In this document: positions 14,421 to 27,991 of the stretch, in pieces
Position numbering within the stretch: the first letter of the stretch is position 1
Layout: each line of letters opens with the position of its first letter
Source of the DNA: Octopus vulgaris
Taxonomy: Eukaryota
Length of the DNA stretch: 64,000 bases
Assembly: GCA_951406725.2 (NCBI GenBank)
Contig: OX597837.1
Span: forward strand, 18,166,001 to 18,230,000
Direction: 5' to 3'
Made by a program: the position numbers and the translations under genes
The notes under the pieces: model-generated
Told to the model about the DNA's origin: nothing
The model's database searches: none
Seen by the model: only the letters and a program-made list of their open reading frames with translations

Positions 14421-15769
14421 TCAACACTGTCAATTCTACTTGCTCAATAATAATAATGTATGGGCAATTACGTATGAATGACGAGAGGAGGTCTGCTACA
14501 TGAGCCAATCAAAGAACACCATGGATCCACTGACTACATTCACTCACCTGTTAGTAAATCTATTGGAAAACAGCATTTATTGCTCCACTTTCGCCTTTCT
14601 CTCCAAGTAAAACTTTAAAAAAGTTTGAGGGTTTGACTAGAGAGTGGAACATTCTATCTTCAATTCTTTCAATGATTCACCATAAAACCTCTTTCGTCAT
14701 TCCACCAGAGAGAAAGGAAAACTGTCTACCCTTGCCAACCAAATGAAGGCAACGGTAATCTTCACAATGGGATCAGCTAATAGCCCTACACATGACAACA
14801 GCTGTTTGACAAAACTCTAATTGGAGTTTTATCAAATAACTTGCATTTTGAATGAGTATGCAAAACAGTTTTGTTGCTTTGTATGCATCTTAGACAGACT
14901 TGGCCAACAACATTTCCATGCCCTTACAAGCAATGTCTCCCAGTTTTTCTAGGATAGTTTCCTGTCAGCCCATACTGGATGTGACTGAGTATCCAGCTCA
15001 TAACTTCATGTCAGTTCCTGTCCCTATGAAGCTCTATGAACCAGGCCCAAATCAGCTTCATTAATTTGTTGATCCAGTGCCCCATGACAACATTTGTTGC
15101 CATGGATCTGCCTCTCCAGATACCAAGTTGCAAGCCCATACTTTTTGGGTTAATTTTTGGTCTTGTCACTCCCTCAAAAGAGAATAAGGCTATTTGTAGC
15201 TTTTCAATTGTTTTTATCAACTTTAATATAACCATTTTCCTATTGTAGAAGTTGTAGTTTAGTCCTAGGTCAGCCCTGATTGAATAGATCTATGATAAAA
15301 AGTTTTCCAGTTGCGATCATCCTACCTACTTTTATATAAACTTTCCAATGTGTCCTTCTTTTTTAAAGATGATAGGATGTAACACGAGGGAAATTTGGCT
15401 GCTATATTTCGAAGGTTGAGCAACAATATATTCCCTTATTGGAAGATGGTTGGTGGTGATTGATAAAATGTATCAGATGACTGACTTGCAACCACAGCAG
15501 AAAATTTACTTTATTCCTGATATTGCTAATTTATCCAGAAATGGAAGGAAATCCCATTGTTGCTATGACTTAATCAATTTAGGGTAGCTTTTACCCCCCC
15601 CCTCTTTTTTTAATATTATAGTAATTTCTCTGTCAGCTTTGTTAATTCTTTCTTTTCATAGATGGTCTAAGATGGGTTGCTATCAAAAGGGTTAAATGCC
15701 ATTTTGAAATTTTAACTAAACTAACAAGTGAGCAAAATTATTATTTTTATCATTGCCATCACTATTGAA

Positions 15770-16380
15770 GTGGCAGAATCAGTAGCACACTGGGCAAAAT
15801 GCTTTCATCTTTTTGGGGGGGATCGATAAACTAAGTACTAGTGAAACACTGGGGTCTATGTAATCAATTAGTCCCTTCCTCCAAAATTTCAGGCCTTGTA
15901 CTTTTAGTAGAAAGGATTATTATTATTATCCTTTCTGCTTTTGGCACAAGGCATGGAATTTGAGGGAAGTGGGTAAGTCAATTACATTGTTCCCAGTACT
16001 TGACTGGTTTATTTTATTGACCCCGAAAGGATGAAAGGCAAAGTTGACCTCAGTGAAATTTGAACTCAGAACATATAGACAGATTAAATGCTGCACAGCA
16101 TTTTGCCCAGTATGCTAACTATTCTCCCAGCATATACCAACTTAATGATAATTGCAAGTAAGGTATTGAGCTGGTAAGATTGTTACCACACTGGACAAAA
16201 TGCTTAGTGATATTTCTTTTGGCTTTGCATTCTGAGTTCAAATGCTGCTGAGGTCAGCTTTGCTTTTCATGCTTTCATAGTTAATAAAATAAGTACCAGT
16301 TGAGCACTGGGGTTGATGTAATCAACTACCCTCTTCTCCTAAAATTGCTGGTCTTGTTTCAAAATTTAAAACCATTATTA
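15770..16380. mobile_element. Three adjacent family B SINEs in +/-/+ orientation
   Basis: 15770-15925 (+, deleted), 15926-16135 (-), 16160-16380 (+); tail-to-tail junction gaaaggatta(tta)n tcctttc. Confidence 0.8.
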
Positions 16381-17518
16381 TAACTGCAAGTAATATCATC
16401 ATTATCAATAGATGCAGTATGGCCAAGTAGTTAAGTTTGCTTTGCAACCATGTGGGTCAATCCTACTGTGGCATCTTGGGCAAATGTCACTTTTGTAGCC
16501 TCAGTTTCACTCATATCTTGTGAGCAAAGGCAGATTGAAACTGTGGGAGCCTGCTGGATTGATTGCACCAATAATTCAAGGGTACAACTTTGTCACTTTG
16601 TCACACTGATTCTGCCTGAGAATTACATTAAGGGTACATGTGTCAGTGGAATGCTCAACTATTTATACTTTGATTCAGGAGCAAGTAATTCAGTTGACTG
16701 AATGACTGAATACATATCGTCAGAACTGAGTTAGACCCACCTACTAATAATAATACCATTAAGACTTTGTAAGGGTTTACATCTGATGAAATGAAAGCAT
16801 TTTGAGTCTCATAAATTATTGACTCGTTTTGTATTCCTGTTTTTTTGTTTTTTTTTTAAAAGTCAACTTTTCATCAAATCAAAACACATTTACTTCTGTT
16901 TCCTTGGTTAAACCATTTCATTTTCTGTATATTATGTTATTAAAGTTATTTAGAAAATTTATATCTCCCCCATTATCACATTTTGTGAGAATATTGGTAT
17001 CGTTGTTTTCAGTTTTATTTTCTATTTCTTTTGGCAAATAAAACATGAAAAGTCATATCAAATTATTATTAATTGGGTTTTGAAATGATGATGTGTAATT
17101 ATGAAGAACCTTTTACTTTTCCAAATTGCCAATTTTTTGCTGAGTACAAATTATTACTTATATACTGTTATTACATTTGTTAAAATTTTATTGTACATAA
17201 ACTAAATGGTTATTACAGATCATGTATTACATATATAATTATCCTGTAATGAATGGCCCACAGCAAAGATTGAGAGAAGAATAAGATAAAGCAGTTGGCA
17301 GTATTTCATAATCAAAGCAACACTCTCTTTCTCTCTCACTCACACACACACACACACACACACAACCCTCATTTACACTCCTCAGTAAATTTTAATCGCT
17401 TTGGAAAGCAAATTTTAAAAGTGTATTGTATTAGAATTGAATATTACATATTCCCATATTTTTTTCTCACAACCATTTCATGTAGAATAATTTTTTGTAT
17501 TCATATTTATTTTAACAG

Positions 17519-17688
17519 AAATAAATGTCTGAATGAGAAGCGTCGGCGAGAGCAGGAAAATACTTATATCGAAGAACTTGCAGAGTTAATCTCGGCAAGT
17601 GTCACCGATATGAGCTCATTCTCAGTGAAGCCTGATAAGTGTGCAATACTGCAAGAAACAGTGAACCAGATCAAACAGATCAAAAGTG
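17519..17688 (+). CDS. NCOA: p160 nuclear receptor coactivator (NCOA/SRC/Taiman-like), internal exon encoding the bHLH domain
   Basis: tttaacAG acceptor; encodes [56 protein letters not shown], matching the p160 bHLH signature ([30 protein letters not shown]); G|GTTGGT donor gives phase 1, compatible with the next exon. Confidence 0.95.
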
Positions 17689-17694
17689 GTTGGT

Positions 17695-17890
17695 ATCTTT
17701 TACTTGTTTTAATCGTTAGGCTGCAGCCATGCTGGAGCACCACCTTGAAGAATTTTTAGTTGATTGACCCCAGTACATTTTCTTTTTTGTTTAAAGTCTG
17801 GTACTCATTCTATCAGTCTCCTTTGTTGAACCACAAAATTACAAGAGCATAAACACACCAACATCAATTGTCAAGCAGTAGTGGGAGATA
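17695..17890 (-). mobile_element. Family A SINE 3' half, antisense, abutting the bHLH exon donor
   Basis: cttttacttgttt...gccatgctggagcaccacc matches 52400-52570. Confidence 0.8.
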
Positions 17891-18129
17891 GACATACATG
17901 CACACACACACACACATATATATATTAATGATACAAATTAGATGATATTTTTTCAAACACAGAATTACCATTAGAACAGCAGAAATACTGGGTACATTAC
18001 CCTTACAAAGCGGAAAAATTTGTCAACAACCAGCCATGGGACTTGGTAATGGTGACTAAAGTGAGATGCATATGGATAAAGTTCTTGGAACTGAGTAGCA
18101 TACTTTTGAGTACTAATAGACTGTCACTG

Positions 18130-18450
18130 TAACTGAAGGAAATGATGTATGTTGCATGTGTGGAGAGTGCTTATGATTTATAAGAGTCAGGCATGAGTAA
18201 TGAACACAAAGTAGCAGAGAAAGAACAGAAATTAGACTGATTCAATGGATGAGAGAAGGGAAAACGAGTGAATTGGGAATAGAACCAGTGATGGATCTTG
18301 TGAAGAGAAATGGAACATGATAGCTTGATCATATGCTGAAAAAGCCTGAGAGGAGTGATGGAAATTAATGTGGAAGGAAGGAGCAGAAGGGGAAGGCTGA
18401 GTAAGACATGGCTAAAGTTGATGGTGGAGGAAATAAAGGCAAGAGAGTTG
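18130..18450 (+). mobile_element. Highly degraded RTE LINE 3' fragment
   Basis: Translates to VEGRSRRGRLSKTW, the RTE C-terminal 'GR.RGRP.KTW' motif. Confidence 0.55.
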
Positions 18451-19807
18451 GTTAAGGGCCTGCAAGGCTTAAACTTCCAATTTAGTAGGGAAAATATGCT
18501 TGGTATATTTTGTTATTGTGATAGTTTTCAGTAAACTTAGGTAAATATTTCATTCCTCTAATAGTACTGTTATTCAGAAAGGTATGAATATCTTGCAATC
18601 TTTTTCCCTGTATCTTTTAAATCAGAGGCCCTACACTTCTATAAGACATGAACATTATTATTAAAACTGTTTAGAATGTAATAAGATTGTTGGGATTTAT
18701 ATTAGTGTTCAAGTTTCATCCACCCATCCCTCCCACTCCCCTCACTGTCCAGGATTGATAGAATCCATACCAGTAATATACTGGTTTAAATTCAATCTAT
18801 TCAGCATTGTTTTTTTTTTCTTTAAATATACTTTGTGTCCAGTTAAAAGGAATTAGGTTGTTGATATGGTCCAGTAGTACTAACAGTTATCATTAGAGCT
18901 ACTTTTTGTTGTTACCTCTAATACAATTGAGATTCTTCTCCACATTTTGGTTTCATTAATATTTGTGTTTTATAACAGGAACTTTAGCACAATAGTAAGA
19001 TGTTGGAATCTATATTACTTTACTAATAACCTTGGGAATGACAAACTTCACAACCTCTTATTTTCTCTCCCTTCTAGATATTTTACATCATTTTTACTTT
19101 TATAGAAGATTCAGAGCATTTGAAGTAAGAGTATGGGGTGGATCTTCTTACAAAGAAGACAGCAGTGATTATTAGAGGGTTAAAATGCTAAATGTTGATG
19201 GTAAAAAGTTTCTATTATGGATATACACAAGGAAGAGATGGAATTAAATCTAGATGTGTTGCATCTCATGGACAAAATGGCACGTGAATGAGACACTTGG
19301 AGAAAGGTGCAACCTTTCTCCAAGTGTCTCCAAGTAGGAAAGCATTAAAACTATGGCAGCAATGGATATTTGTTATTGTTTCTGTTTGAGATGTGTTTGG
19401 AAAGTACGCTAGGTATCTTTGTTGTCTGTCTGCAGGAAGATTATATTTCTTCACATTGACTGAGGTTTCTGCCTCACAACCTCCACGTGAGTTAGTAAAA
19501 CCGTGGAATCAGAGGAAACTAGTGTGGGCAAATAATTGAAACTGTATTATAATCTTTGTTGTGACAAGCAAGTTTCTTATGGTACCCTTTATGGGATAGA
19601 GAGATGAAATGTCTACAGGTACTGATTAATAAATACAGATGAGAGAGCCCCCCCCCCAAGGATGAAGGGGGTAAGGAAAGTGAAAGGAGCAGTAACAAGT
19701 GTTAATGGAAGGGGCACAGCAGTCAGAGTGAGAGAAAAATGTCAGATTTGAAACATCAAGGGAAAGAGGTACTGACAGGGAAATACTTTATACCCACATG
19801 TGCATGC

Positions 19808-19844
<37 letters not shown>

Positions 19845-21533
19845 GGACATACGCATATATGTAAATACAAGTGAATATACATTCATGTTCATGTAAACAT
19901 TATAAACACAATTACACAATAACATGCATATATTTCCCTTGTCATCAACATTAGTATCTTCCCATTTGACTGTCTACCTCATTGTGTTGCTAAACCTGTA
20001 AACCTTCCTGGCTGACAGTATTCATTCAGTATTGCATATTAACCAAATTCACTCAGAATATGTCAACAGCTTACAAACCTATCTACTTAACAATTGATTA
20101 GTTTGAAAGAACATAATACAAAATTTATTTTAAATCTCTATAGAAACATTGATTTCTTCTAACTTGCCACAATGATGATGATGATGATGATTATATTATT
20201 ATTGTTTGTTGCTATTAAGTTTTGGAGAAGAGTTTAAGTGACTTCCCTGTTCGCATTACTGCAACTTATTTTATGAAATTCAGAGGGATAAATGACAAAT
20301 TCAGCACTAATTTTGGTATGATTTGAACTCACAATTGGCAGTTAATTCCTAAAGCATCCAGTTTGGCATTCCATTATTCCCAGCAATCTCCTGTGGCTTT
20401 TTTTTTTTTTATCTTGTTAATTGTAAAAAAGAAAAAAGGAATGGGATTATGAAATCTAAGTTACAGGGTAATAATTAGCTTAGTTGGATGAGTAGAAGGG
20501 AATCCAGCATAATACCCACCTCTTTTATCTATAGATAAAATTGAACAGATATCTAGCTCTTTTCACCTTCAAGTAATACCTTATGAAAGCAACATATTTA
20601 GTAAAAAAAATTTTTAACCTCAAGGTAATGACTAATAAAAAGGTGGAGACAACAGTAACAAAAAACAGCTTGTTCATGGCTTTATTTAGTGAAAAGGGGT
20701 AACATATGTTATGTATTAATGTGTTGTCACTCTGAGCAACATATGTTAGTAAATAAAAACCTTGTTTTAATGAAGCTTTTTCTCTTCCTTTTGTTGAAAC
20801 GATCAACAAAATATCAATATATGTGGAACATGAATGTTATTTGAACAAGGGAGAAGTGGCAGGTAATAAATTTCTTTAGTTGGGGTAGGGAGGTGGTAGA
20901 AAGGGTGGCACCTGACTGCTGGCCCAACAATATTTATTCTTGTCTCATTTCCTGAGTTCGAATCGTAACATTGCTTTTCTCTAAGTATTAATTTTGTATT
21001 GGAATCAGTTCAATGAAACTAATACTCAGTATTATTGTAAAAATATTTAAATCATGTTTGTAGTAGCTTCAGAACAGTGTCAAAACCTCACAGCTATTGT
21101 GGCTTTTCATTCCCTTAAACCAGGAGGTGGCAACAGGTGCACCTCAGACCTTTTATAAAAAAAAAAAAAAAATTCAATGTATTTGTGGGACATTGAACAG
21201 TTGATGGTTTTGAGATAAGTCTTTTGTGTTATGATCGTTTAATTTCAGCTTACAAAATGTATTGTCAGAAAATGTAAAGGGAGAGTGGATATTTAGAAAC
21301 ATTTTTATAAGTTATGACATAATATACATTTGGGCTGAGGCAAGAGTAAAAGATTCTCAAGTGGGACATTTCAAAAAGAAGTTACTGGTCGCTGTCTTAA
21401 ATAAGTATTAATTTAATGCCTTTGTTTTTTAATGCGCTTTTATTTTGATTGCCAAAAATTAAAACTTGAAAATTGCATAAAGCATGCAACATCATAAATT
21501 ATGAGGATCAAATTATGTCTTTCATTGGTGAGT

Positions 21534-21762
21534 TTAACTCTTTAGCATTCAGATTACTCTGTCAAATGTAGTGTATGTTTATTCACATTATTTTGAATTA
21601 ATCCTGCATTATCTCATAACTTCAAGATTTCAGTGATGTTACTGTTTATTTTTAAAATAACATTGTAGGGTAGGTGTGAGAGGCCTGATTTGACCATTTT
21701 CTACATAAAACAGGTAAAATATTTGGGCCTGATATGGCTGGTTTTAAATACTAAAAGTTTAA
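21534..21762 (+). mobile_element. ~220 bp TTAA-flanked MITE (piggyBac-like ends)
   Basis: ttaactctttagcatt ... aatactaaaagtttaa; related copies at 21950-22157 and 30147-30354 in the opposite orientation. Confidence 0.7.
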
Positions 21763-21949
21763 TACTTGACATGATTGATTAAAGTTGGATTAATCTATTA
21801 AACTTTAGGACTGTTGCTGGAGAATCAATAGAATGATGAAAAATGCCTTGTGGTCTTTTGTTGTGTACCTCAAGACTCCAGGTCCTGCCATGGCTAACTT
21901 TGCCTTTTATCTTTCCCAGGTTAATAAGATATAAATATTGGGCTGACCT

Positions 21950-22157
21950 AACCCTTTGTCCAACCCAAATATTCAACTTGTTTTATGTTTAAAGCAGCTA
22001 GATCCAGCCTGTTAAACATACCCTGGAAAGTCGTTCTAAAAATAAACAATCCCATCATTGAAATCTCAAAGCTACAAGATAATGCATGATTAATCCAAAA
22101 CCACATGAATAAATAAGCATTTCATTTGACAGAGTAACCTGGATTCTAAAGGGTTAA
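21950..22157 (-). mobile_element. MITE, inverted relative to 21534-21762
   Basis: Reverse complement aligns by eye along the 21534 copy; ends ctaaagggttaa. Confidence 0.7.
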
Positions 22158-23549
22158 ACAGTTATATCATCCTGAACTTTTGTGGTCTTGTTCATCTATA
22201 AGAAGTTAATGACTACAGTTGTTTATACAATTATTAATATCAAACTGAAGAGCTGTTGGTGGAAATATCAGTACTTTCATGCTATAAAATTATATTTTAT
22301 AAAAATTCTTTTCTAATGGCACCCAAAATTGTTCTATTTAGTGAACTTTTAATCTGTGGTGTTTGAAGAACTTTTCAAATTAAATAGTTTATAATCTACT
22401 GGTATGAACAAGATACTTCCAGTGTCAAATATCTAGAGTAGTTACTTTTTAAGGCTACTTAATCGATTGAAAAATGCTGTCTTATCTATTTGTGGCATGA
22501 TTTTATTTATTTTGTTCATATTTAAGTTACAGATTTATCATGAAAATAATGCATGAGGTTTTACTTCCAGTTATGTTCATACTTACTATTTCATTGAAAT
22601 CTGAAATAAAACCCAAATCTGTATTGTCTATATTGTCCAAAAAATTCCATCAGCTGCACTGCTTTTTTTTTTTTTAGTTATCTCCCTTGCTTGTTTTCAG
22701 ATTTCAATTTACACAGAGGAACGGATTTTCCCCCCACCCAATTAAGTCATGATTTAATCTCAATTAATCAGTTTCTTATTTCACTATATTACATATGTGA
22801 GATCCTACTGTAATTTTATTTAGTATGCAGAACACTTCCCTGACATTTTCCTTAAGCCATATTGTAGAAAACTAAGAGTTGGCAAGAGATGAAATTGTTT
22901 GCTGAGATGTGTCATAATAGGCTATCATCAGTCTTAAGTGAAGTAAGTAAGCTATGACTAAGATATTTCCGTTGGTTTCTCTAACTTTTCATCTACCTAC
23001 ATATTAAGTAGGAAACCAGCTATTAAAAGCTGACAGGGAGAGGGGGTTGGGAGTTAACTTGGATCCAGTTAAGTCTCTCTTAATCACACACATATACAGT
23101 CACATGCTCAACATACGCAATACTGATTCTCTGCTGTTTAGTTATTTATGTTTACTGTTTAGTTAGATTACCACACTGCTCTGTGTTGTACCATCATGGA
23201 CTGTCTAGAGAAGAGTGGGAGGCTGTTCATTAAATACTTATTTTGTAGTTTTGTAGAGTAAAAATTAAAATTAAACAAAAACAAATTGCTACTCCCTTGC
23301 CAACTGCAAGCATCCAGAAATCAGTCACATTCTATTTTGATTTCTATCAATGATTCTTCATTATTGCATATTGTCATTTTGTCACTGATTTTTGCTGTTA
23401 ATGTTAATTTTTAGTGAAGTCACTGCATTATATTTTACTTATATTTTTGAAAATCATAGCTGAAGAAAAACTGAAATAAAATGAATGATGTACTTATTTC
23501 CCAGATTTCAGTTATGCTCTGTATTTGATACTTGATACTCTGTATTTGA

Positions 23550-23621
23550 TGTGTGTGTGTGCGCATGTGTTCCTTATACAATCTGCAGATTGTATAAGGA
23601 ACACATGCGCACACACACACA
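23550..23621. repeat. Perfect 72 bp palindrome, no spacer
   Basis: tgtgtgtgtgtgcgcatgtgttccttatacaatctg|cagattgtataaggaacacatgcgcacacacacaca. Confidence 0.95.
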
Positions 23622-24075
23622 CACACACACACACGACAGACAGATAGACAGGCTCGCTGCAGAAAATGGTAATGTGAGACTCAGAGTAGCATCAGTGGAA
23701 AACCGAGTCTTCCCTTTGTCACTGCTCTTGAGTTTTGCATTGCCATTTTTGTAGCAACTCTTTAGGGAATACTTGAATCTCAAGATTATCTTTCTATTTC
23801 ACTTGGAACTGGTTTTAACATATGTAAATTACCTCAGCCAAAAATGAGTGTCAAGCAACGCCATCCTCAGGATGGATGCTGAGCTAGAAACCCGTGTCTA
23901 CAACTGTCCCTTTCATTTTTGGTATGTCAATTCTGAAGAGTTTTTGAATCTTGAGACTTTTTCTTCTTTTCTCCAGTGAAGTTGGTCTTAATTGCCATTT
24001 GGTAATTATGTATTGAAAAGAGACAGATAATTTTAATAAATCAAGAATTTATATTGTTTAGTATTCTATATACCT

Positions 24076-24123
<48 letters not shown>

Positions 24124-24275
24124 ATATATATCACGTGATCACGTGACCGACCAGACCATCAGATGTTGCTACACATCGCTAGTCACAATATATATGTGTG
24201 TGTGTGTGTGTGTGTACACATTTTTTTACACTAATGTATTTGTATATACATGCATGAATGCATGTACATATAAAT

Positions 24276-25143
24276 GGATTACATGGAAAAATGCAAGCAA
24301 GAGAAATAATATTCTTTAGATTATAAACCTGGAAAATTACAGGACAAGTTATTACACTTGGAAAAGTTCAGAACAACTTATTACATCTGGTAAAGTACAG
24401 AACAAGAAAAAATTTACTTAAAATATTGTAGCTAATAATAAAATATCAAATAGAATATATAGATCTAGAAAATATTAGCTTTTATTAAAACTAAAAATTT
24501 TATTGCAAGTTATTTGTTATTACTTCTTACTTCTATTAAAAAATTTTAAATAATTTTTGCACTTCAAGAGAATTCATATTTTTATTGATTAATATATAAT
24601 TAGAAATTTGGAAATAGGTTATAAAAAATGATAGTAGTACATAATTAGTACAATAAATAAAATATAAAACTTAGTTATATATTACAGTAAAATCTACCTA
24701 TAACAACAAATTTGCAGTAAAATTTGCTTGAGTTATTGCCTCAGTTATTGCCAAGTCTTCACATTTTTAGTCTTGACCCAATGCCTAATTTTTACATAAT
24801 GAATCTGCCTACCATATATACTATTCTACTTTGCATAAAACCTAAGCTATATTTGTACTTCTGGCTCTCATTTTTTAAGTATTCTAGTGTTAATATTTTA
24901 ACAATATGACGGTACCTTTTTTTTTATTATAATGTTACTTTGTAAATTAAAATCAAATAATTTTTGATATTCAAATTTTATCGTTAGCTGCAGTATTTTA
25001 AGTAAAAATTTTCTTGTTCTGTACTTTACCAGATGTAATAAGTTGTCCTGAACTTTCCCAAGCGTAATAATTTGTCCTGTAATTTCCCAGGCTTATAATC
25101 TTAAGAATATTATTTCTGTTGTCTGCATTTTTCCATGTAATCC
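24276..25143. mobile_element. Foldback/MITE-like element with ~180 bp imperfect terminal inverted repeats
   Basis: ggattacatggaaaaatgca... (24276-24452) is the reverse complement of ~24960-25143; arms contain three ~30 bp subrepeats; very AT-rich core. Confidence 0.8.
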
Positions 25144-26353
25144 GTGTTTTTTCCAGGCTATGCTATTATGCTAATTAATAATGTGTCAATTAGTGGTGTT
25201 ATTGATAATTTGCCCTTACCTCAATGACGCCGGTGACATATATTAAAAGTCCCCTTATAGAACTATATTCATAAAAAGGTATTGAACTATATTATCCCAC
25301 TCAAATTTGAGAAACAAACACTTATAACTTTTTTTCTTTTAAAACTTCATAGCATGAAATTGATACCATGAAATTCCTCAAATTAAGCTCTATCATTTAA
25401 GCTTCATTAAAATATAGTTTTTAATATAAAACAGTTAATTGTACTTAAATCCAATTTTTTGCTTTGCTTATATTTTTTTTCATATTTTACCTCAACTTTT
25501 TTGATACAAATTTTTGTTACATGAGACCAAAACTATGAAATTCTTCATGCTTTCTCCTATCATTGAAGCTAAGATAAATGTATTTTGCTTTTAAAATAAA
25601 GTTATTTAGTTCTAAACTTGGTTGGTGGCGTTACTTACTCTCCTATAACATTGCTACAAATTTTGATATAAACTTTTTTCTACTGGATCAAATCTCAATT
25701 TCTTTAATGCTAAAATGTAGCTAGGGACCAGTCCTCTTTAAAAATGTTAAGTTTTCAACTTGGTTAAGAACTGAATTAGCAACAAGCTTTGAAAGATGCT
25801 GCATGTGAGTAAATTGCAGCCTTAAGAATATTATTTAACTCCTACCATAGTTGAATGATACATATTTGACTGCAAGTTTCACGTCAGAGAATCTTATTTC
25901 CAGAAGTGCTACCTTCCCCCAAAATAACAGGTACCTCTTCTACCCCTGGGAAATTTGTTTAACCCATACATAGGACCCTGACTGTTACTATCGTTCTAGA
26001 TCAGGGAATTAAGGGGTAACTCAAAATAGTACCAATCTTGCACTGCTTGTTGTTGTTATGGCAACCCAAGAGAGTGTCAAAAGTTTTGTGCAAACTTTTG
26101 TCACATCCAATGATATACAAATGTCTCACTATCATTTCATTTCTTGGTCCATTTGATATTTTATATAGTCCTATGGCAATGGATGTGTGGTGAAATGTCT
26201 TATTCATGCACATGCAAGGATGAAAGCAAATTCAAACAATCAGGCAGATAATGAGATGGTTATCATCTAACAAGCTGAGACAATCATCATGTGTGTGTGT
26301 GAATGTATATATATGTGTGTGTGTGTGTGTGTAATGCATGTATACATATGTAG

Positions 26354-26715
26354 GTGCCGGCATGGCTGTGGTCAGAAGTTTGCTTTCCGACCACATTGTT
26401 CTGGGTTCAGTCCCACTGCTTGCCACCTTGGACAAGTATCTTCTGCTATAGCCTCAGGCTGACCAAGACCTTGAGTGGATTTGTAGATGGAAACTGAAAG
26501 AAGCCCATTTGGTGTGTGCATGTATCTTTTGTCTCTGTTTGTCCCTCTACACCACTTGACAACTAGTGTCGGTGTATTTACATACTCATAACTTAGTAGT
26601 TGAGCATAGTAGTATTAGACATAAAAAAAATAAATACTGGGGTTGATTCTTTTGTTTAAAATTCTTCAAGACAGTCTCCCAGCTTGACTGCAGTCTAACA
26701 ATCAAAACTGGTAAA

Positions 26716-26720
<5 letters not shown>
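26354..26720 (+). mobile_element. Family A SINE
   Basis: A/B-box-like head (catggctgtggtcag...gggttcagtccc) and body match 52384-52864. Confidence 0.8.
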
Positions 26721-26749
<29 letters not shown>

Positions 26750-27396
26750 TCATTATCATGTGTGTGTGCGTGTATATATATATATATACACGCACACACA
26801 CATGTATTTTTAAACAGGCTACATCGGCTATTGAAGAACAAAATTTTAATTTAAAGAAAACAAAAATTTGTATTAACTGCAGCAACAATAGCATTTGAGA
26901 GAAAGTGCAGGTGTCAACCTTCAAAAAAAATTTTTTTATCGTATGTTTGGAGGTGTAATAAGGACAAAACAGGAATCTGTGACAGTACCTTATTTTTATA
27001 TAGTGACTGTTGTTATCTGAGTGGTTTTAATGGTTTTTCTAAAAAAGCACTCGGTTTGAAAGATTTCTGAGAGGGGGCAGAATCTGCAAATATTCTATGT
27101 CATATCCGACAGATTGATTAGAATTCACAGTGCTCAAATTACCATTGGTTGTGATTAAAGTTGACAACCTCCTGAACATGCATGCGTCAAGCCTGGATTG
27201 ATGGAATAGTCAAACTGTTCTACATGCATGTACATGTGCAAACACAGATATATATCCGTGCGTGCACACACACACAATGCATGCTTTTTTAATGGGAAAG
27301 GAACAAAAAAAAAAACAGGCCTTGTTCTTTCTCTCTTTTTCTGCCACTCTCTCACTCCCCATTCTTTCTGCTTCCTCTCTCTCTCATACACACTCA

Positions 27397-27437
<41 letters not shown>

Positions 27438-27991
27438 GCACGCATACATTTACACACATATAATGTATATACCTTACAGGTATAACCTATTGAAATCAAA
27501 GGTTTTCCAAAAGATGACTTCAGAGTTGACTGACTGCTAATATCTTGACAGATAACAAGTAGTGTGATGTTTGAGAGTGAGTGACTGTGGTGAAAGAGAG
27601 TAGAAATGGAAATAGTGTGGTGGTGGCGGTGGTTGAAAAACAAACAAATAAAAACTGTTTAAATAAATAAATCAGTGTCAGAAATAGGTGAGGAGTGGTT
27701 GGAAATAGAATAAAAATCTATGGATGGTTTTTCATTTCAAAAGTTTTTTTCAGTTAAGAAAAAAAATGTTTTTAAATCTGAAAGTAAACTACCCTCTCCC
27801 ACGCCTTCCATCACATTTAAGTCTTGAATTTTACTTTCATTTTTTTTTCTTTTTCTTTTTTTTTCTTTTCTTTCTGGTTAGTAATGATATTTCTGTTATA
27901 CACAAACAAATATACACATATATATATCATGTATCACAAGTCAGTGTAAAAATGAAAAAAATTGATGCATTTCTGTTAAATTCACACACAC

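Noticed and set aside
14430-15245. Minus-strand coding-like stretch, possibly an old non-LTR element
   Set aside because: No motif I can identify with confidence
1-17518. Upstream NCOA start exon (expected to end in phase 2)
   Set aside because: No convincing candidate found; it probably lies outside the window or is too diverged to recognise by eye
17295-17759. 154 aa ORF as a complete single-exon gene
   Set aside because: Only 17519-17688 is homologous and splice-bounded; flanks are microsatellite and SINE sequence
23640-23927. Possible alternative first exon (ATG GAT GCT GAG ... TG|GTATGT) giving a bHLH-less isoform
   Set aside because: Ends in phase 2 while the next exon acceptor needs phase 1; would need an unsupported alternative AG; transcript data required
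24131-24146. Tandem E-boxes TCACGTGATCACGTGA as an autoregulatory bHLH-PAS site
   Set aside because: It sits at the end of a repeat fragment (reverse-complement relative at ~420-470) between microsatellites; no independent evidence of function
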